A stretch of 64,000 bases of DNA from a bacterium (GTDB taxonomy: Bacteria; Acidobacteriota; HRBIN11; JAKEFK01), in assembly GCA_022616075.1 (NCBI GenBank), contig JAKEFK010000048.1, positions 2,371 through 66,370 of the forward strand, read 5' to 3'. Positions 1-9,746 of the stretch are shown here, one piece after another. The notes under the pieces are model-generated. The model worked only from the letters and a program-made list of their open reading frames with translations, ran no database searches and had not been told where the DNA came from. The position numbers and the translations under genes were made by a program. Position 1 is the first letter of the stretch; each line of letters opens with the position of its first letter.

Positions 1-195
1 CTCGCAAATGATCCCGAGCTGCTTCTGGCGGACGAGCCAACCGGAGAATTAGATGCAGCAACCGGTCTTGAAATCGTTAGCCTGTTTCAACGTTTTCACG
101 AAAACGGCCTCACGATCGTAATGGTCACTCACAACCCGGACCTGGCCGCTTCTGCAAAACTGATTCAACACATGCGAGATGGTAAATGGGAATAG
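1..195 (+). CDS. ABC transporter ATP-binding protein, C-terminal fragment (MacB/LolD/FtsE-type), truncated by window edge
   Basis: Frame 1 reads LADEPTGELD (Walker B/D-loop) and MVTHN (H-loop), ending at TAG 193-195. Overlaps the next start by 10 nt. Confidence 0.8.
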   Translation, partial: LANDPELLLADEPTGELDAATGLEIVSLFQRFHENGLTIVMVTHNPDLAASAKLIQHMRDGKWE

Positions 196-1601
196 CCTGG
201 CTTCTTCTGCAAAGAACATTTGCAGCCAAACCAAAACGAACGTTGCTGTTCTTGCTGGGATACGGGCTTGCAACTGCAGTGATGGTGACTCTTCTTGCGG
301 TTGGAGAAGCCGTCTTGCAGCAGGCGCGCGATAAGAATTTGTTTGGTGGTGGAGACCTGATTCTCGTGCCACAGGGGATCGATCTGGAAAGCATGAAAGT
401 GGGTGGAATCTCTGCGCTTTACTATTCGATTCCGCAGGCGCGATTCATTGTCCGCCAGTTTCTACAGAGCAGCCGCTTTGAGAATGAAATCGATAGCGTC
501 TCGCCCTACATAGTTCCTAAACTTGCTTATATTCGACAGGTGGGCAAACGGGAACCTCCGCTTCACGCTTTTGCTGAAGGGTCCTTGCCGGATCAGGAGA
601 ATCGAATCAAGAATCTTCATCTACCCTGGCATAACGATTCGCGGGACAATTCGTGGCTCAAGCCTCCGGTCCCCGATTTCTATCATGAGCTCGATCGATT
701 TCACCTGCCCTCCATTGATTCCCCGGACATGAAAAGATGGTCGGAATGGCACTACTTCAATTTTGAATCAGGTTCGTTCCATGGCTATTTGAGCATCATG
801 GTCGCTGGCGACATACTTCAAAATCAGGCTGTCTGGATCGTCAGTTTGCGGATGTATGACGGAAAATATCGTCGGTTCGAGAATATATATCCGGCCTTTA
901 ACGACTCCTTGCCTCTGAAGAAAATTGATTACAGCGCAGGCCCGAATCAGATTCGTTATGAAAAGGATCATTATGAAATAACTTTGAATTTTACCGATCA
1001 GGTACCAGTAGAAGGAAAGCTGTTGTATTACCCTGCTGAGGGTCTGTATGTTCCCCCGACTTTTCTTGCGCGCAGAAGCGACTTCGAATCAGGTTATGTG
1101 ATTCCTGCGATCCGCGGAAAATACCAGGGAAGCATTCGCATCGGTAACACGAGCTATGACTTTGACGGAATCGAAGGCTACCATGATCACAACTGGGGAA
1201 TCTGGAGACAGATAGAATGGAACTGGGGGCATGCTCGCTCGGAAGAATTCGCAATATTTTTTGGCGAGATCTATCTGGAAAACAAAAGCAAAGGTCTGTT
1301 CGCAGGTGTTTACGACTCGAAAGGTTTTGTCACGTTATTGCGTCCGGAACGCATTCATTTTTCTGATTACCAGAAAACCACCGATGGCCTTACGGTTCCC
1401 CTGTCTTTCAAGATGGAAGCTCAGAAACGCTTCAGCTCCATGACGCTTTCGGCAAAAGCGGATCGATTTGTTACTACTGCATTAGAAGGCCAGATCCTTC
1501 ACTTTGTTCAATACAAAATGACTTACGACGTAAAGCTTCAGATCGACGGCAAAAAACATCATTTCAAGGCCACCGGAAACGCAGAAACCTTTGTGAAATA
1601 A
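186..1601 (+). CDS. AttH/CrtC-like lipocalin-domain protein with an FtsX-type N-terminal TM anchor
   Basis: N-terminus (AWLLLQRTF..KPKRTLLFLLGYGLATAVMV) resembles the TM1 region of MacB/FtsX-type permeases, but no C-terminal FtsX TM bundle is present. The EWHYFNF motif matches the EWWY signature of CrtC/AttH lipocalin-like domains. Translationally coupled to the upstream ABC ATPase. Confidence 0.5.
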   Translation: MGIAWLLLQRTFAAKPKRTLLFLLGYGLATAVMVTLLAVGEAVLQQARDKNLFGGGDLILVPQGIDLESMKVGGISALYYSIPQARFIVRQFLQSSRFENEIDSVSPYIVPKLAYIRQVGKREPPLHAFAEGSLPDQENRIKNLHLPWHNDSRDNSWLKPPVPDFYHELDRFHLPSIDSPDMKRWSEWHYFNFESGSFHGYLSIMVAGDILQNQAVWIVSLRMYDGKYRRFENIYPAFNDSLPLKKIDYSAGPNQIRYEKDHYEITLNFTDQVPVEGKLLYYPAEGLYVPPTFLARRSDFESGYVIPAIRGKYQGSIRIGNTSYDFDGIEGYHDHNWGIWRQIEWNWGHARSEEFAIFFGEIYLENKSKGLFAGVYDSKGFVTLLRPERIHFSDYQKTTDGLTVPLSFKMEAQKRFSSMTLSAKADRFVTTALEGQILHFVQYKMTYDVKLQIDGKKHHFKATGNAETFVK

Positions 1602-1651
1602 ATCGCCCTGGATTCGGAAAGAAATCACGCCAGGTGCTAAACTAATGAAAG

Positions 1652-2890
1652 ATGTATTCGCAAAATGTACTGACAATGATTCTTGCGGGTGGGGAAGGAA
1701 CTCGCCTCTTCCCATTGACTCGCGATCGTGCAAAACCTGCTGTGCCCTTCGGCGGGCGCTTCCGGATCGTTGATTTCGCCCTGAACAACTTTGTGAACTC
1801 CGGATTTCTGAAAATCAAAGTCCTGACTCAGTTTAAATCCGATTCATTGAACGTTCATCTATCGAAGGCCTGGCGACTCTCCGCCACTCTGGACCAGTAT
1901 GTGGATGCTGTGCCGGCGCAAATGCGCAGAGGAGAGCACTGGTACCGTGGCACCGCAGACGCCGTCTATCAGAACCTCAATCTGATTTTCGATGAAGAGC
2001 CGGACTATGTTTGTGTCTTTGGAGGCGACCACGTTTACAAGATGGACGTCCAGCAAATGTTGGATTTTCACAAAGAAGTGAACGCTGATGTAACCATCGC
2101 CGCGATCCCTGTTCCGGCCTCCGAATCGAGGCAATTTGGAATTATTGAAGTGGACTCTGAGTGGCGGGTGATCGGCTTCGAAGAAAAACCTCCCGTCGGC
2201 AAGACGATTCCCAACAATCCGGGATATGTTCTCGCATCGATGGGGAATTACATTTTCAACCGTCAAACTCTCATTAGCGAACTTGAAGAAGATGCTCTTC
2301 TTCAAGATTCGGCGCACGATTTCGGCAAAACGATTTTCACAAAGATTTTTCATCATTACCGTGTTTACGCTTATGACTTCTCAAAGAATGTGATCCCCGG
2401 TTCTGAAGAAAAAGAAGTTGGATACTGGCGTGATGTGGGAACCATTGATTCCTATTTCCAGGCAAATATGGATCTCATCGCTGTCGATCCTGTATTTAAT
2501 CTCTACAACTATCGCTGGCCTTTCCGAACTGTTCATTACGATTATCCCGCTGCAAAATTTGTGTTTGCGAATTTCGCAGAAAAGCGGACCGGTATCGCCC
2601 TGGATTCCATGGTTTCGGAGGGCTGCATTGTCAGCGGTGGCGTTGTGAACCGTTCCATTCTTTCTCCGCGGGCTATGGTTCACAGTTACACCAAAGTGGA
2701 TGATTCGATACTCATGCATAGCGTGGATATCGGACGCTACGCAAAGGTTAAGAACGCGATTATCGATAAGGGGGTCAAAATACCCCGGGGATGTGAAGTC
2801 GGTTACGACCGGAATGCGGATCTCCAGCGCGGCTTTCATGTTTCGGAAGGCGGTGTTGTGGTTGTTCCGAAAGGAACTGTGTTGGATTGA
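1652..2890 (+). CDS. glgC: glucose-1-phosphate adenylyltransferase
   Basis: ILAGGEGTRLFPLT..KPAVPFGG nucleotidyl-transferase motif and the C-terminal left-handed beta-helix region typical of GlgC. Confidence 0.9.
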   Translation: MYSQNVLTMILAGGEGTRLFPLTRDRAKPAVPFGGRFRIVDFALNNFVNSGFLKIKVLTQFKSDSLNVHLSKAWRLSATLDQYVDAVPAQMRRGEHWYRGTADAVYQNLNLIFDEEPDYVCVFGGDHVYKMDVQQMLDFHKEVNADVTIAAIPVPASESRQFGIIEVDSEWRVIGFEEKPPVGKTIPNNPGYVLASMGNYIFNRQTLISELEEDALLQDSAHDFGKTIFTKIFHHYRVYAYDFSKNVIPGSEEKEVGYWRDVGTIDSYFQANMDLIAVDPVFNLYNYRWPFRTVHYDYPAAKFVFANFAEKRTGIALDSMVSEGCIVSGGVVNRSILSPRAMVHSYTKVDDSILMHSVDIGRYAKVKNAIIDKGVKIPRGCEVGYDRNADLQRGFHVSEGGVVVVPKGTVLD

Positions 2891-2892
2891 CA

Positions 2893-2944
2893 GTAGCGCG
2901 GACGTCTCGTCTGCAGCTCTTCGCAGGCGGGACGCCCGTGCTAC
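2893..2944. repeat. family-1 GC-rich palindromic repeat (GTAGCGCGGRCGTC...GACGYCCGCGCTAC), copy 1
   Basis: Imperfect ~52-bp palindrome directly after the glgC stop. Five more copies at 5911, 7246, 17283, 42290 and 44181. Confidence 0.8.
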
Positions 2945-2949
2945 TTTGT

Positions 2950-3324
2950 TTACTTTTCTTTTAATGCGAGCAGTTCGCGGGCGACAAAGATGAGGCGTTC
3001 ATTGTTAAACGGTTTTGCAATGTAAACATCCGCCTCCGACTGCAATCCTCTGTCCCAATCCTGTGGCATGTCTTTAGCTGTTAAAAATGCAATAAAGATG
3101 TTTCTTGTTGCGGGATCCTTTTTCAATAACGAACACGCCTCAAAACCATCCATAACCGGCATTAAGATATCCAGAAAGATCAGGTCCGGTTTTTCCTTTC
3201 GCGCTTTCTCTACAGCTTCCTTTCCGTTTCGGGCGCTTTCAACTTCATAGCCAGCATCGCGAAAAATCATCATCAGAAGATTCCGCACATCATCTTCATC
3301 GTCAACGACAAGAATTTTTGGCAT
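2950..3324 (-). CDS. single-domain response regulator (CheY-like receiver)
   Basis: KILVVDDEDD, DLIFLDILMP, T and K residues conserved. The ORF extends to 3405 but the likely start is the internal MPKILVV. Confidence 0.8.
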   Translation of the reverse strand: MPKILVVDDEDDVRNLLMMIFRDAGYEVESARNGKEAVEKARKEKPDLIFLDILMPVMDGFEACSLLKKDPATRNIFIAFLTAKDMPQDWDRGLQSEADVYIAKPFNNERLIFVARELLALKEK

Positions 3325-3422
3325 TTTGTGAGCTGAGTTTTTCTCTCGCGGCAGTGAATCGAGTGCTATATTATCATAAACCGGGCCTCGCTTCAGCGTG
3401 AGCATGTTATACTTTCTTCAGG

Positions 3423-5525
3423 ATGCGTGGGGGACGTAGCAACTACGGGCTACCAGCCAATTTTTACCACTGGCTCACCGGAATCATAGGATTTATCCTC
3501 GTTATTTTCTTCTCGATCCGTTCCCCTTTTCCCGCTCAGCCCACGCCTCTTCATGTGTTTTCACTGTTTCTGATGATGCATGTGATTGCATCCTTTCTGA
3601 ATTTTCAATACGCCCGAATGAACGTGGTGATAACGTTCGGATCCTCATTTATTACGGCAGCTTTGTTGGTTTTCGGGGCCGTACCTGCGATCTTGGTTGC
3701 CGTAAGTGGCATCGTAATTGGCTCGGTCAAACGAATGATCGAACGGCACTGGATATTGCGTAAAAAGATTCCTCTCAGCTACGAACTTGGAATCGTTGTG
3801 TTTAACAGTGGAATGATCGGGCTGATGTGGCTAACTGCCAGCTGGATTTATATTTACCTGCTGCAATCTGAGCTTCCCCTCATACATCTCACGGTTCGGA
3901 ATATTCTCTGCATCATTCTGATGTTCCTTGGCCTGAGTCTTCTAAACGGCGTCCTCCTTTTCTTTTCAAACTATTTGCGCAATCAACAGAGGCCAATTGA
4001 ATACGTCAGGAAAGGATTGATTCCTGCTTTCTTTACGGAGTTTGCAGCAATACCGTTCGGAGTCGTCATGGCCCTGTCTTACAACCGGATGGGAATTCTT
4101 GCTTTTCTCGTGCTCAGCTCCACTTTGCTGATTGGAAATATTGTTCTGAGACGTCTGAGCTCGATCCGGTATGACCTGGAAGACAAGTTGCGCCATCTTA
4201 CATCACTGAATCGTGTGAGCAGACAAATTATTACTCTGCGAGACCAGGATGCGGTTATGAACTTGTTGTTCGAGGAATTGAGCCTCGTGACCGAAACCGA
4301 TTGCTGGTTTATTGCAGAAGTGGATAAATGGAGATCGGTAAACCTTTTGAAAGGCAAAGAACCGCAGAAAGAGTCCTTCATAAAACTAGCGGCTCATGTG
4401 GTACGATCCCGTCAACCATTGTGGATTTCAAATACCCAGAAGGATGCACCGGAAGAGTTAAAGCAATCCTTGCTTCAGGACGATATCCATTCCTGTATCG
4501 CATCGCCGTTGGTGGTCGCCGACAAAATCCATGGAGTTGTTTCCGTGTACAGTGACGAAGCATCCGCCTTTAAACATGAGCTGATGCAGGTTCTCGTCAT
4601 GATCGCCGATGAAACCGCTTTAGCGCTTGAAAACGCAAAGCTGTATGATGTTCTAACCGAAAAGGTAAACGAATTGGAGCGATTGAATACAGAATTGCGT
4701 CAGGTGGACACGTTGAAATCCGTATTTCTGGCCAACGTTTCGCACGAGTTGCGCACGCCGCTCACCTCGATTAAGGGTTATGTGGAATACATAAAAAAGG
4801 AAAAATTGGGACCACTGACTGCGATGCAAAGTGAAGGACTCAGCGTTGCGCAGCGAAATATTCTGCGTTTGCAGCGCTTGATTAATGATCTTCTCGATTA
4901 CACAAAACTGGAATCGAAAAAAGCGCCCATCCAGCTGCGTCCCTGCAGATTGGAAAATATCTGGGCAGATGTCTATGAGCAATACGCAGACTTAATTGAA
5001 AAAAGAAATCTTGAAGTTCAGGTTCGCATACCTCTGGATCTTCCTGTGTTGTTCGTGGATATCCAGCGATTCACTCAGGTATTGACGAATCTTCTCAGCA
5101 ATGCAATTAAATTTACGGGAGATCAGGGAAGAATCAGAATCGCGGCGCAGGTGATTCATCATCCCGGACCGTTCTACCATTTCGAAACATACACGAGCAA
5201 CTGCATCGTAGAGGCGTTAACGCCGGTAGAGATTACTGTCAGCGATGACGGAATCGGAATTCCTGCTGATGCTCTTCCCAGAATCTTCGATCGCTTTTAT
5301 CAAGTCGATTCCTCTCATACCCGGAAGTATGGCGGCACGGGGCTAGGCCTCGCGCTGGTTAAATCGATACTGGATGCGCATGGAATCCCGATCGAAGTAC
5401 AAAGTAAAATTGGTTTTGGAACGACGTTTGGAATGGTTGTACCTTCCCTGCAAGCAGCGGATCTCCCCGCGGCCGTAAAACCAAATAAACCGGAAACAGT
5501 TTCCTCGCCCAAGTATCTGACATAA
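3423..5525 (+). CDS. sensor histidine kinase with multi-TM N-terminal domain, GAF, HisKA and HATPase_c
   Basis: About 7 hydrophobic helices in the first 240 aa. HisKA H-box [15 protein letters not shown]-boxes DDGIGIP and GGTGLGLALVKSI. Confidence 0.85.
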   Translation: MRGGRSNYGLPANFYHWLTGIIGFILVIFFSIRSPFPAQPTPLHVFSLFLMMHVIASFLNFQYARMNVVITFGSSFITAALLVFGAVPAILVAVSGIVIGSVKRMIERHWILRKKIPLSYELGIVVFNSGMIGLMWLTASWIYIYLLQSELPLIHLTVRNILCIILMFLGLSLLNGVLLFFSNYLRNQQRPIEYVRKGLIPAFFTEFAAIPFGVVMALSYNRMGILAFLVLSSTLLIGNIVLRRLSSIRYDLEDKLRHLTSLNRVSRQIITLRDQDAVMNLLFEELSLVTETDCWFIAEVDKWRSVNLLKGKEPQKESFIKLAAHVVRSRQPLWISNTQKDAPEELKQSLLQDDIHSCIASPLVVADKIHGVVSVYSDEASAFKHELMQVLVMIADETALALENAKLYDVLTEKVNELERLNTELRQVDTLKSVFLANVSHELRTPLTSIKGYVEYIKKEKLGPLTAMQSEGLSVAQRNILRLQRLINDLLDYTKLESKKAPIQLRPCRLENIWADVYEQYADLIEKRNLEVQVRIPLDLPVLFVDIQRFTQVLTNLLSNAIKFTGDQGRIRIAAQVIHHPGPFYHFETYTSNCIVEALTPVEITVSDDGIGIPADALPRIFDRFYQVDSSHTRKYGGTGLGLALVKSILDAHGIPIEVQSKIGFGTTFGMVVPSLQAADLPAAVKPNKPETVSSPKYLT

Positions 5526-5891
5526 ATGCCAAAGAAAATACTGATCGTAGATGACGAAGAAGACATCGTTAATCTCGTTAGAATGATTTTGGAAGATGCC
5601 GGATATTCCGTGGCCTCCGTTACTGATGGAAGAGAGGTATTAGCACGAGTCGCCACCGATCATTTTGATTTGATCTTGCTGGATATCATGATGCCCTTCC
5701 TGAGCGGATGGGAAGTTTTAGAGGCGATGCGCGCCAAGGAAGAAACGAGAAACATTCCGATTGCTCTTTTGACCGCGCGGGCGTCACCACGGGAAGACAA
5801 TCAGCCACATCCAACAGACTATTGCGATTACATCACCAAGCCATTTGAACCGGATGATTTGCTGCGTAGAATTCGCCAGATTCTGGCATAG
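5526..5891 (+). CDS. single-domain response regulator
   Basis: KILIVDDEED, DLILLDIMMP, LLTAR, YITKP. Start abuts the HK stop (TAAATG). Confidence 0.85.
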   Translation: MPKKILIVDDEEDIVNLVRMILEDAGYSVASVTDGREVLARVATDHFDLILLDIMMPFLSGWEVLEAMRAKEETRNIPIALLTARASPREDNQPHPTDYCDYITKPFEPDDLLRRIRQILA

Positions 5892-5910
5892 ATGAAAGTT
5901 TGTGAACGAA

Positions 5911-5962
5911 GTAGCGCGGGCGTCCCGCCTGCGAGGAGCTGCAGCCGCGACGGCCGCGCTAC
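5911..5962. repeat. family-1 palindromic repeat, copy 2
   Basis: gtagcgcgggcgtcccgcctgcg...cgacggccgcgctac, lying between convergent genes. Confidence 0.8.
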
Positions 5963-5967
5963 TTTGA

Positions 5968-6459
5968 TTAAAGCATCTGCTGGATTTTTTGTTCGAAGAC
6001 TTCGCGGGGTTGAACACCAAGAATCTTATCGACTTGCTTGCCTTCCTTATCGAAGAAAATGGTGGTCGGCAAGGCCCAAACACCTCCGAATTTTTCTTCA
6101 GTGTCTTTGCCTTTTAGAAAAGAACTATACTCAAACGGCAATTCCTTCATAAAGGGTTTTACGATGGAAGCTCCTTCTTCATCCGTGGAAATGCCCACAA
6201 TCACAAGTCCGCGCGAAGAATACTTCTTGTGCAGTTCATTTAGCATCGGAATTTCAAACCGGCAAGGACCGCACCATGTTGCCCAGAAATTGATGATCAG
6301 TGGTTTTCCACGGAACTGAGCCAAATCGACCGGGGCGCCATCCAAATCCTTCAGCTCTACCTCGGGCAAATCCGAGACTTTCACGGGTTTTTTGCAATAA
6401 GAAACGAAAAAAACAAGAGAGAGCAGTATCACAAAAATCGCAATGTGAGATGTTTTCAT
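5968..6459 (-). CDS. thiol-disulfide oxidoreductase, TlpA/ResA-like thioredoxin-fold protein
   Basis: N-terminal TM/signal segment followed by the WATWCGPCR thioredoxin CxxC motif. Confidence 0.85.
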   Translation of the reverse strand: MKTSHIAIFVILLSLVFFVSYCKKPVKVSDLPEVELKDLDGAPVDLAQFRGKPLIINFWATWCGPCRFEIPMLNELHKKYSSRGLVIVGISTDEEGASIVKPFMKELPFEYSSFLKGKDTEEKFGGVWALPTTIFFDKEGKQVDKILGVQPREVFEQKIQQML

Positions 6460-6516
6460 AGATAGGTCTTTTCCGAGCCTATATTATAATAAGTTTACTC
6501 GAAGTAAAGTCTAGTC

Positions 6517-7230
6517 ATGAGACGCCTCAAGGATAAAGTAGCTGTCATAACCGGTGGCAGTAAAGGTATTGGAAAAGCCACAGCAGAAGCACTGGCCCGC
6601 GAGGGTTGCCACGTAGTTCTTGCAGCGCGTCACGAAGAGGAGCTCAAGAAAACTGCGCGCGAAATCTCCCGATTGAATGTAACAGTTCTAACTTTCAAAG
6701 CTGATGTGCGTAAGTGGAAAGAAGTAGAAAGCCTCGCAGCGAGAGTCCAGGAAAAAATGGGCACACCACAGATTCTGATCAACAACGCGGGTATCGGAAG
6801 ATTTGGTGAAGTCACAAGCATGAACGAAGAAGATTTTCGGGCAACGCTGGAAACGAATTTATTCGGCGTGTTTTATTGCAGTAAAGCATTTCTTCCGGGC
6901 ATGATTCAAAACCAAGAAGGACACATCGTTAACATCTCTTCGCTGGCAGGCAAGAATTCCTTTCCGGGAGGATCAGCCTATTGTGCTTCAAAGCATGGTC
7001 TGATTGCTTTCGCGGAATGTTTGATGCTGGAAGTGCGACATCACAACATTAAAGTCTCCACCATCTGTCCGGGAACTGTGCAGACAGAGTTTTCCAGCCA
7101 AACAAAGGACAAATCCTGGGCGGTAACGGCGGAAGATGTAGGACAGGCGGTTATTGATGTACTAACCACATCCGCCGGCTCTCTGATCAGCATGGTCGAT
7201 CTCCGGCCACTCCATCCCCCGAAAAGGTAA
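6517..7230 (+). CDS. SDR family oxidoreductase
   Basis: VAVITGGSKGIGKA Rossmann motif. NNAG. Catalytic S...YCASK. Confidence 0.9.
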   Translation: MRRLKDKVAVITGGSKGIGKATAEALAREGCHVVLAARHEEELKKTAREISRLNVTVLTFKADVRKWKEVESLAARVQEKMGTPQILINNAGIGRFGEVTSMNEEDFRATLETNLFGVFYCSKAFLPGMIQNQEGHIVNISSLAGKNSFPGGSAYCASKHGLIAFAECLMLEVRHHNIKVSTICPGTVQTEFSSQTKDKSWAVTAEDVGQAVIDVLTTSAGSLISMVDLRPLHPPKR

Positions 7231-7245
7231 GAGATTCTAAACGAA

Positions 7246-7304
7246 GTAGCGCGGCCGTCACGGCTGCGAGAGCTAAGAAGACGCAGGCGGGACGCCCGCG
7301 CTAC
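7246..7304. repeat. family-1 palindromic repeat, copy 3
   Basis: gtagcgcggccgtcacggctgcg...cgcaggcgggacgcccgcgctac. Confidence 0.8.
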
Positions 7305-7316
7305 TTTGTTCTATCG

Positions 7317-8129
7317 TTATTCGTTGAGACTGCCGGTGCGATAACCTTCGAGATCAAGTGTTACAAACTTAAACCCTAGAGATTTGAAATGGGCAACAAT
7401 TGTATCGAACAAATCTTCCTCCCACACGCGTTTCATTTCCTGGGGGGCGAGTTCAATGCGAACGATTTTGTCATGGTGTCGCACACGTATCTGCCGGAAA
7501 CCTAACGATCGAAGAAAATCTTCACCCAGTTCCACCGTTCTTAGCTTCTCCACTGTAATGAATGATTGGTGCGGGATTCGTGACGATAGACAGGCAGAGG
7601 CGGGAATATTCCAGGTTGTGAGACCCGCCAACCTGGAACGGACGCGAATCTCCAACTTCTTCATCCCTATCTCAACGAGTGGACTTCTCACGCCGTGCAA
7701 TTCAGCGGCCTGTCTACCCGGGCGAAAATCGGAAATATCGTCGGCATTTGTCCCATCCACAATCACGTCGAATGCTCGAACACCCGCAATCTCTTTGAGC
7801 ACACCATAAAGTTCATCCTTGCAATGAAAGCAGCGATCGGTATTGTTCGTGCGAAATGCGTCCTTTTGCATTTCTTCCGTGTAGATGATTTCGTATGGAG
7901 CTCCGATGATTTTCACATTCTCCAGCGCAGAATCCTTTTGAACCTGTGGAACGGTTTCGGAGAATGAGCTGACGCCGAGAACGCGATTGCCAAACACGCG
8001 ATGCGCGGCATACAAGACGTATGTGGAATCGACGCCACCGCTATAAGCAACGAGCGCGTTGCGAAACTGGCCAAACCATGCCACCAGCTTCTGCTCCTTC
8101 TCCGCCGCAAGTTTTTCGAGTTCACTCAT
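7317..8129 (-). CDS. PP-loop ATP pyrophosphatase, LarE/TIGR00268 family
   Basis: SGGVDS PP-loop. RCFHCK, DGTNADD, GVRSPL, ACLSSRIP and RVRHH match the TIGR00268/LarE consensus. Confidence 0.8.
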   Translation of the reverse strand: MSELEKLAAEKEQKLVAWFGQFRNALVAYSGGVDSTYVLYAAHRVFGNRVLGVSSFSETVPQVQKDSALENVKIIGAPYEIIYTEEMQKDAFRTNNTDRCFHCKDELYGVLKEIAGVRAFDVIVDGTNADDISDFRPGRQAAELHGVRSPLVEIGMKKLEIRVRSRLAGLTTWNIPASACLSSRIPHQSFITVEKLRTVELGEDFLRSLGFRQIRVRHHDKIVRIELAPQEMKRVWEEDLFDTIVAHFKSLGFKFVTLDLEGYRTGSLNE

Positions 8130-8132
8130 ACA

Positions 8133-9170
8133 TCACCTAAAATGCTGAAAACCCTCTCCCATAGGATACTTCCGGCCATCCGCTTCAATCACCTGTATGC
8201 CTTCCGATTGCGCAACGATCAGCCCGATTTCATACAACGTTATTTTCAGTGGTTTGGTCCTTCTCAGGAAGATTTCGCGAAATTTCTTACTAACTGTGAA
8301 AAGCAAATGGTAATCTTCTCCGCCATGCAGCGCAAGAATTCTTGGATCACGGTTTCTTTTTCGCTCCCAGTACAAGGCTGCCGGTGCAACAGGTAGCTTT
8401 TCCATCTCCACCTGCGCGCCCACTTTGCTCTCACGGCAAATTTCAGCAAGATCTGACGAGAGTCCATCACTCAAGTCAATCATGGAAGTGACCGTGGCCG
8501 ATTGCGCAAGCTTCTGCGCAAGTTCCACAAGACAGGGCGGATCAATATGGCTCATGATAGCTTCCGTAACAAAATGAGAATCTCGTTGTCCCTCGGGAAA
8601 GATCAAACCATTCCCGAGCAGGCGAAAACCTTCCTTCAAGAGGTTCAATCCCACTGCCGAACTCCCAAGCTGGCCGCTCACAAAAATGGAATCTCCGTTC
8701 CGGGCGCCGTCTCGCTGCACTATTTTGTTTTTTGCAACCGAACCGATGAGAGTAACGTCAACAAACAACTGAGATGATGCCGAAACATTTCCACCAATCA
8801 AATGCAGATTAAGATCCTTTGACACGGAATTCATTCCTTCGTAAATGTCTTCGATCGCCTGAACGGGTGTGTCGGGTGGCAGACCGAGAGAAACAAGGTA
8901 ATAGTTCGGCACGCCTGCCATGCTGGCAATATCGCTGAGATTAACCTTAATCGCCTTTCGCCCAACGTAAAAGAACGGCATATATTCCCGTCGAAAATGA
9001 ACTCCCTCGATCAACGAATCAACTGTATACAAGTGGTAGGACCTTCCGCCCGGGTCGATAACGGCCGTATCCTCGGAGAAAGTCCGAACAATTTCTCCCG
9101 CACTTCCCATGTACTTCTTGAGCTCCTGCAACAGTTTTTTTTCTCCAATTTGATTCAGGGTTTGCGTCAT
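8133..9170 (-). CDS. thiL: thiamine-monophosphate kinase
   Basis: EDTAV...LYTVDSLIEGVHF AIR-synthase-like N-domain typical of ThiL. Sits 3 nt downstream of the LarE-like gene. Confidence 0.8.
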   Translation of the reverse strand: MTQTLNQIGEKKLLQELKKYMGSAGEIVRTFSEDTAVIDPGGRSYHLYTVDSLIEGVHFRREYMPFFYVGRKAIKVNLSDIASMAGVPNYYLVSLGLPPDTPVQAIEDIYEGMNSVSKDLNLHLIGGNVSASSQLFVDVTLIGSVAKNKIVQRDGARNGDSIFVSGQLGSSAVGLNLLKEGFRLLGNGLIFPEGQRDSHFVTEAIMSHIDPPCLVELAQKLAQSATVTSMIDLSDGLSSDLAEICRESKVGAQVEMEKLPVAPAALYWERKRNRDPRILALHGGEDYHLLFTVSKKFREIFLRRTKPLKITLYEIGLIVAQSEGIQVIEADGRKYPMGEGFQHFR

Positions 9171-9314
9171 GACCTCTTCATTATATCCTTCGCGATAGTC
9201 ACATCTCGTGGGCTATACTTATTTGCGATTGTAGTCATCTATGCTATAGTGGCAATCAGTAAATAGCGGCCGATAAATCACCAGAATGCGGTTGAGGAGG
9301 GAACTTCACAGTCC

Positions 9315-9746
9315 ATGGCAGGTGCCGAATACGAAGTTGATCTTATTATCAACAGCAATTATAAGTTCATAGATATTGGCCACGATCTCGTTAAATACCT
9401 CTGCAATCTGATCGGCTTTGATGAGGATACAACCCACTGGATTATTCTTGCCGTTCGAGAAGGAATCAGCAACGCCATCAAACACGGAAATAAAGGCGAT
9501 CTCATGAAGAAAGTGGTCGTCAGAATGAGCTATGAGAACAACGAACTTTCCGTGATCATCGAGGATGAAGGGGTCGGCTTCGATCCTGCGCAGGTCCAAA
9601 ATCCTTTGCTGCCCGAAAATCTTTTAAAGTCGACCGGTCGGGGCATTTTCTACATGAAGAGTTTTATGGATGGGGTTGAATACGAATTTAAAAAGAAGAA
9701 TCACGGCACTGTTCTAAGAATGAAGAAGCATCTTCAGCCGGCATGA
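9315..9746 (+). CDS. anti-sigma regulatory factor-type Ser/Thr kinase (RsbW/SpoIIAB-like HATPase)
   Basis: ILAVREGISNAIKHG N-box and EDEGVGFDP G1-box on a small single-domain protein. Confidence 0.75.
   Translation: MAGAEYEVDLIINSNYKFIDIGHDLVKYLCNLIGFDEDTTHWIILAVREGISNAIKHGNKGDLMKKVVVRMSYENNELSVIIEDEGVGFDPAQVQNPLLPENLLKSTGRGIFYMKSFMDGVEYEFKKKNHGTVLRMKKHLQPA

Noticed and set aside
49-394. Many track ORFs antisense to, or out of frame within, strongly supported genes (e.g. 49-372, 125-394, 1859-2356, 2381-2839, 12797-13168, 13113-13464, 37030-37547, 53241-53928)
   Set aside because: They overlap CDSs that have clear family motifs, show no domain signatures themselves, and have Arg/Ser/Pro-rich compositions typical of spurious frames in GC-rich DNA.
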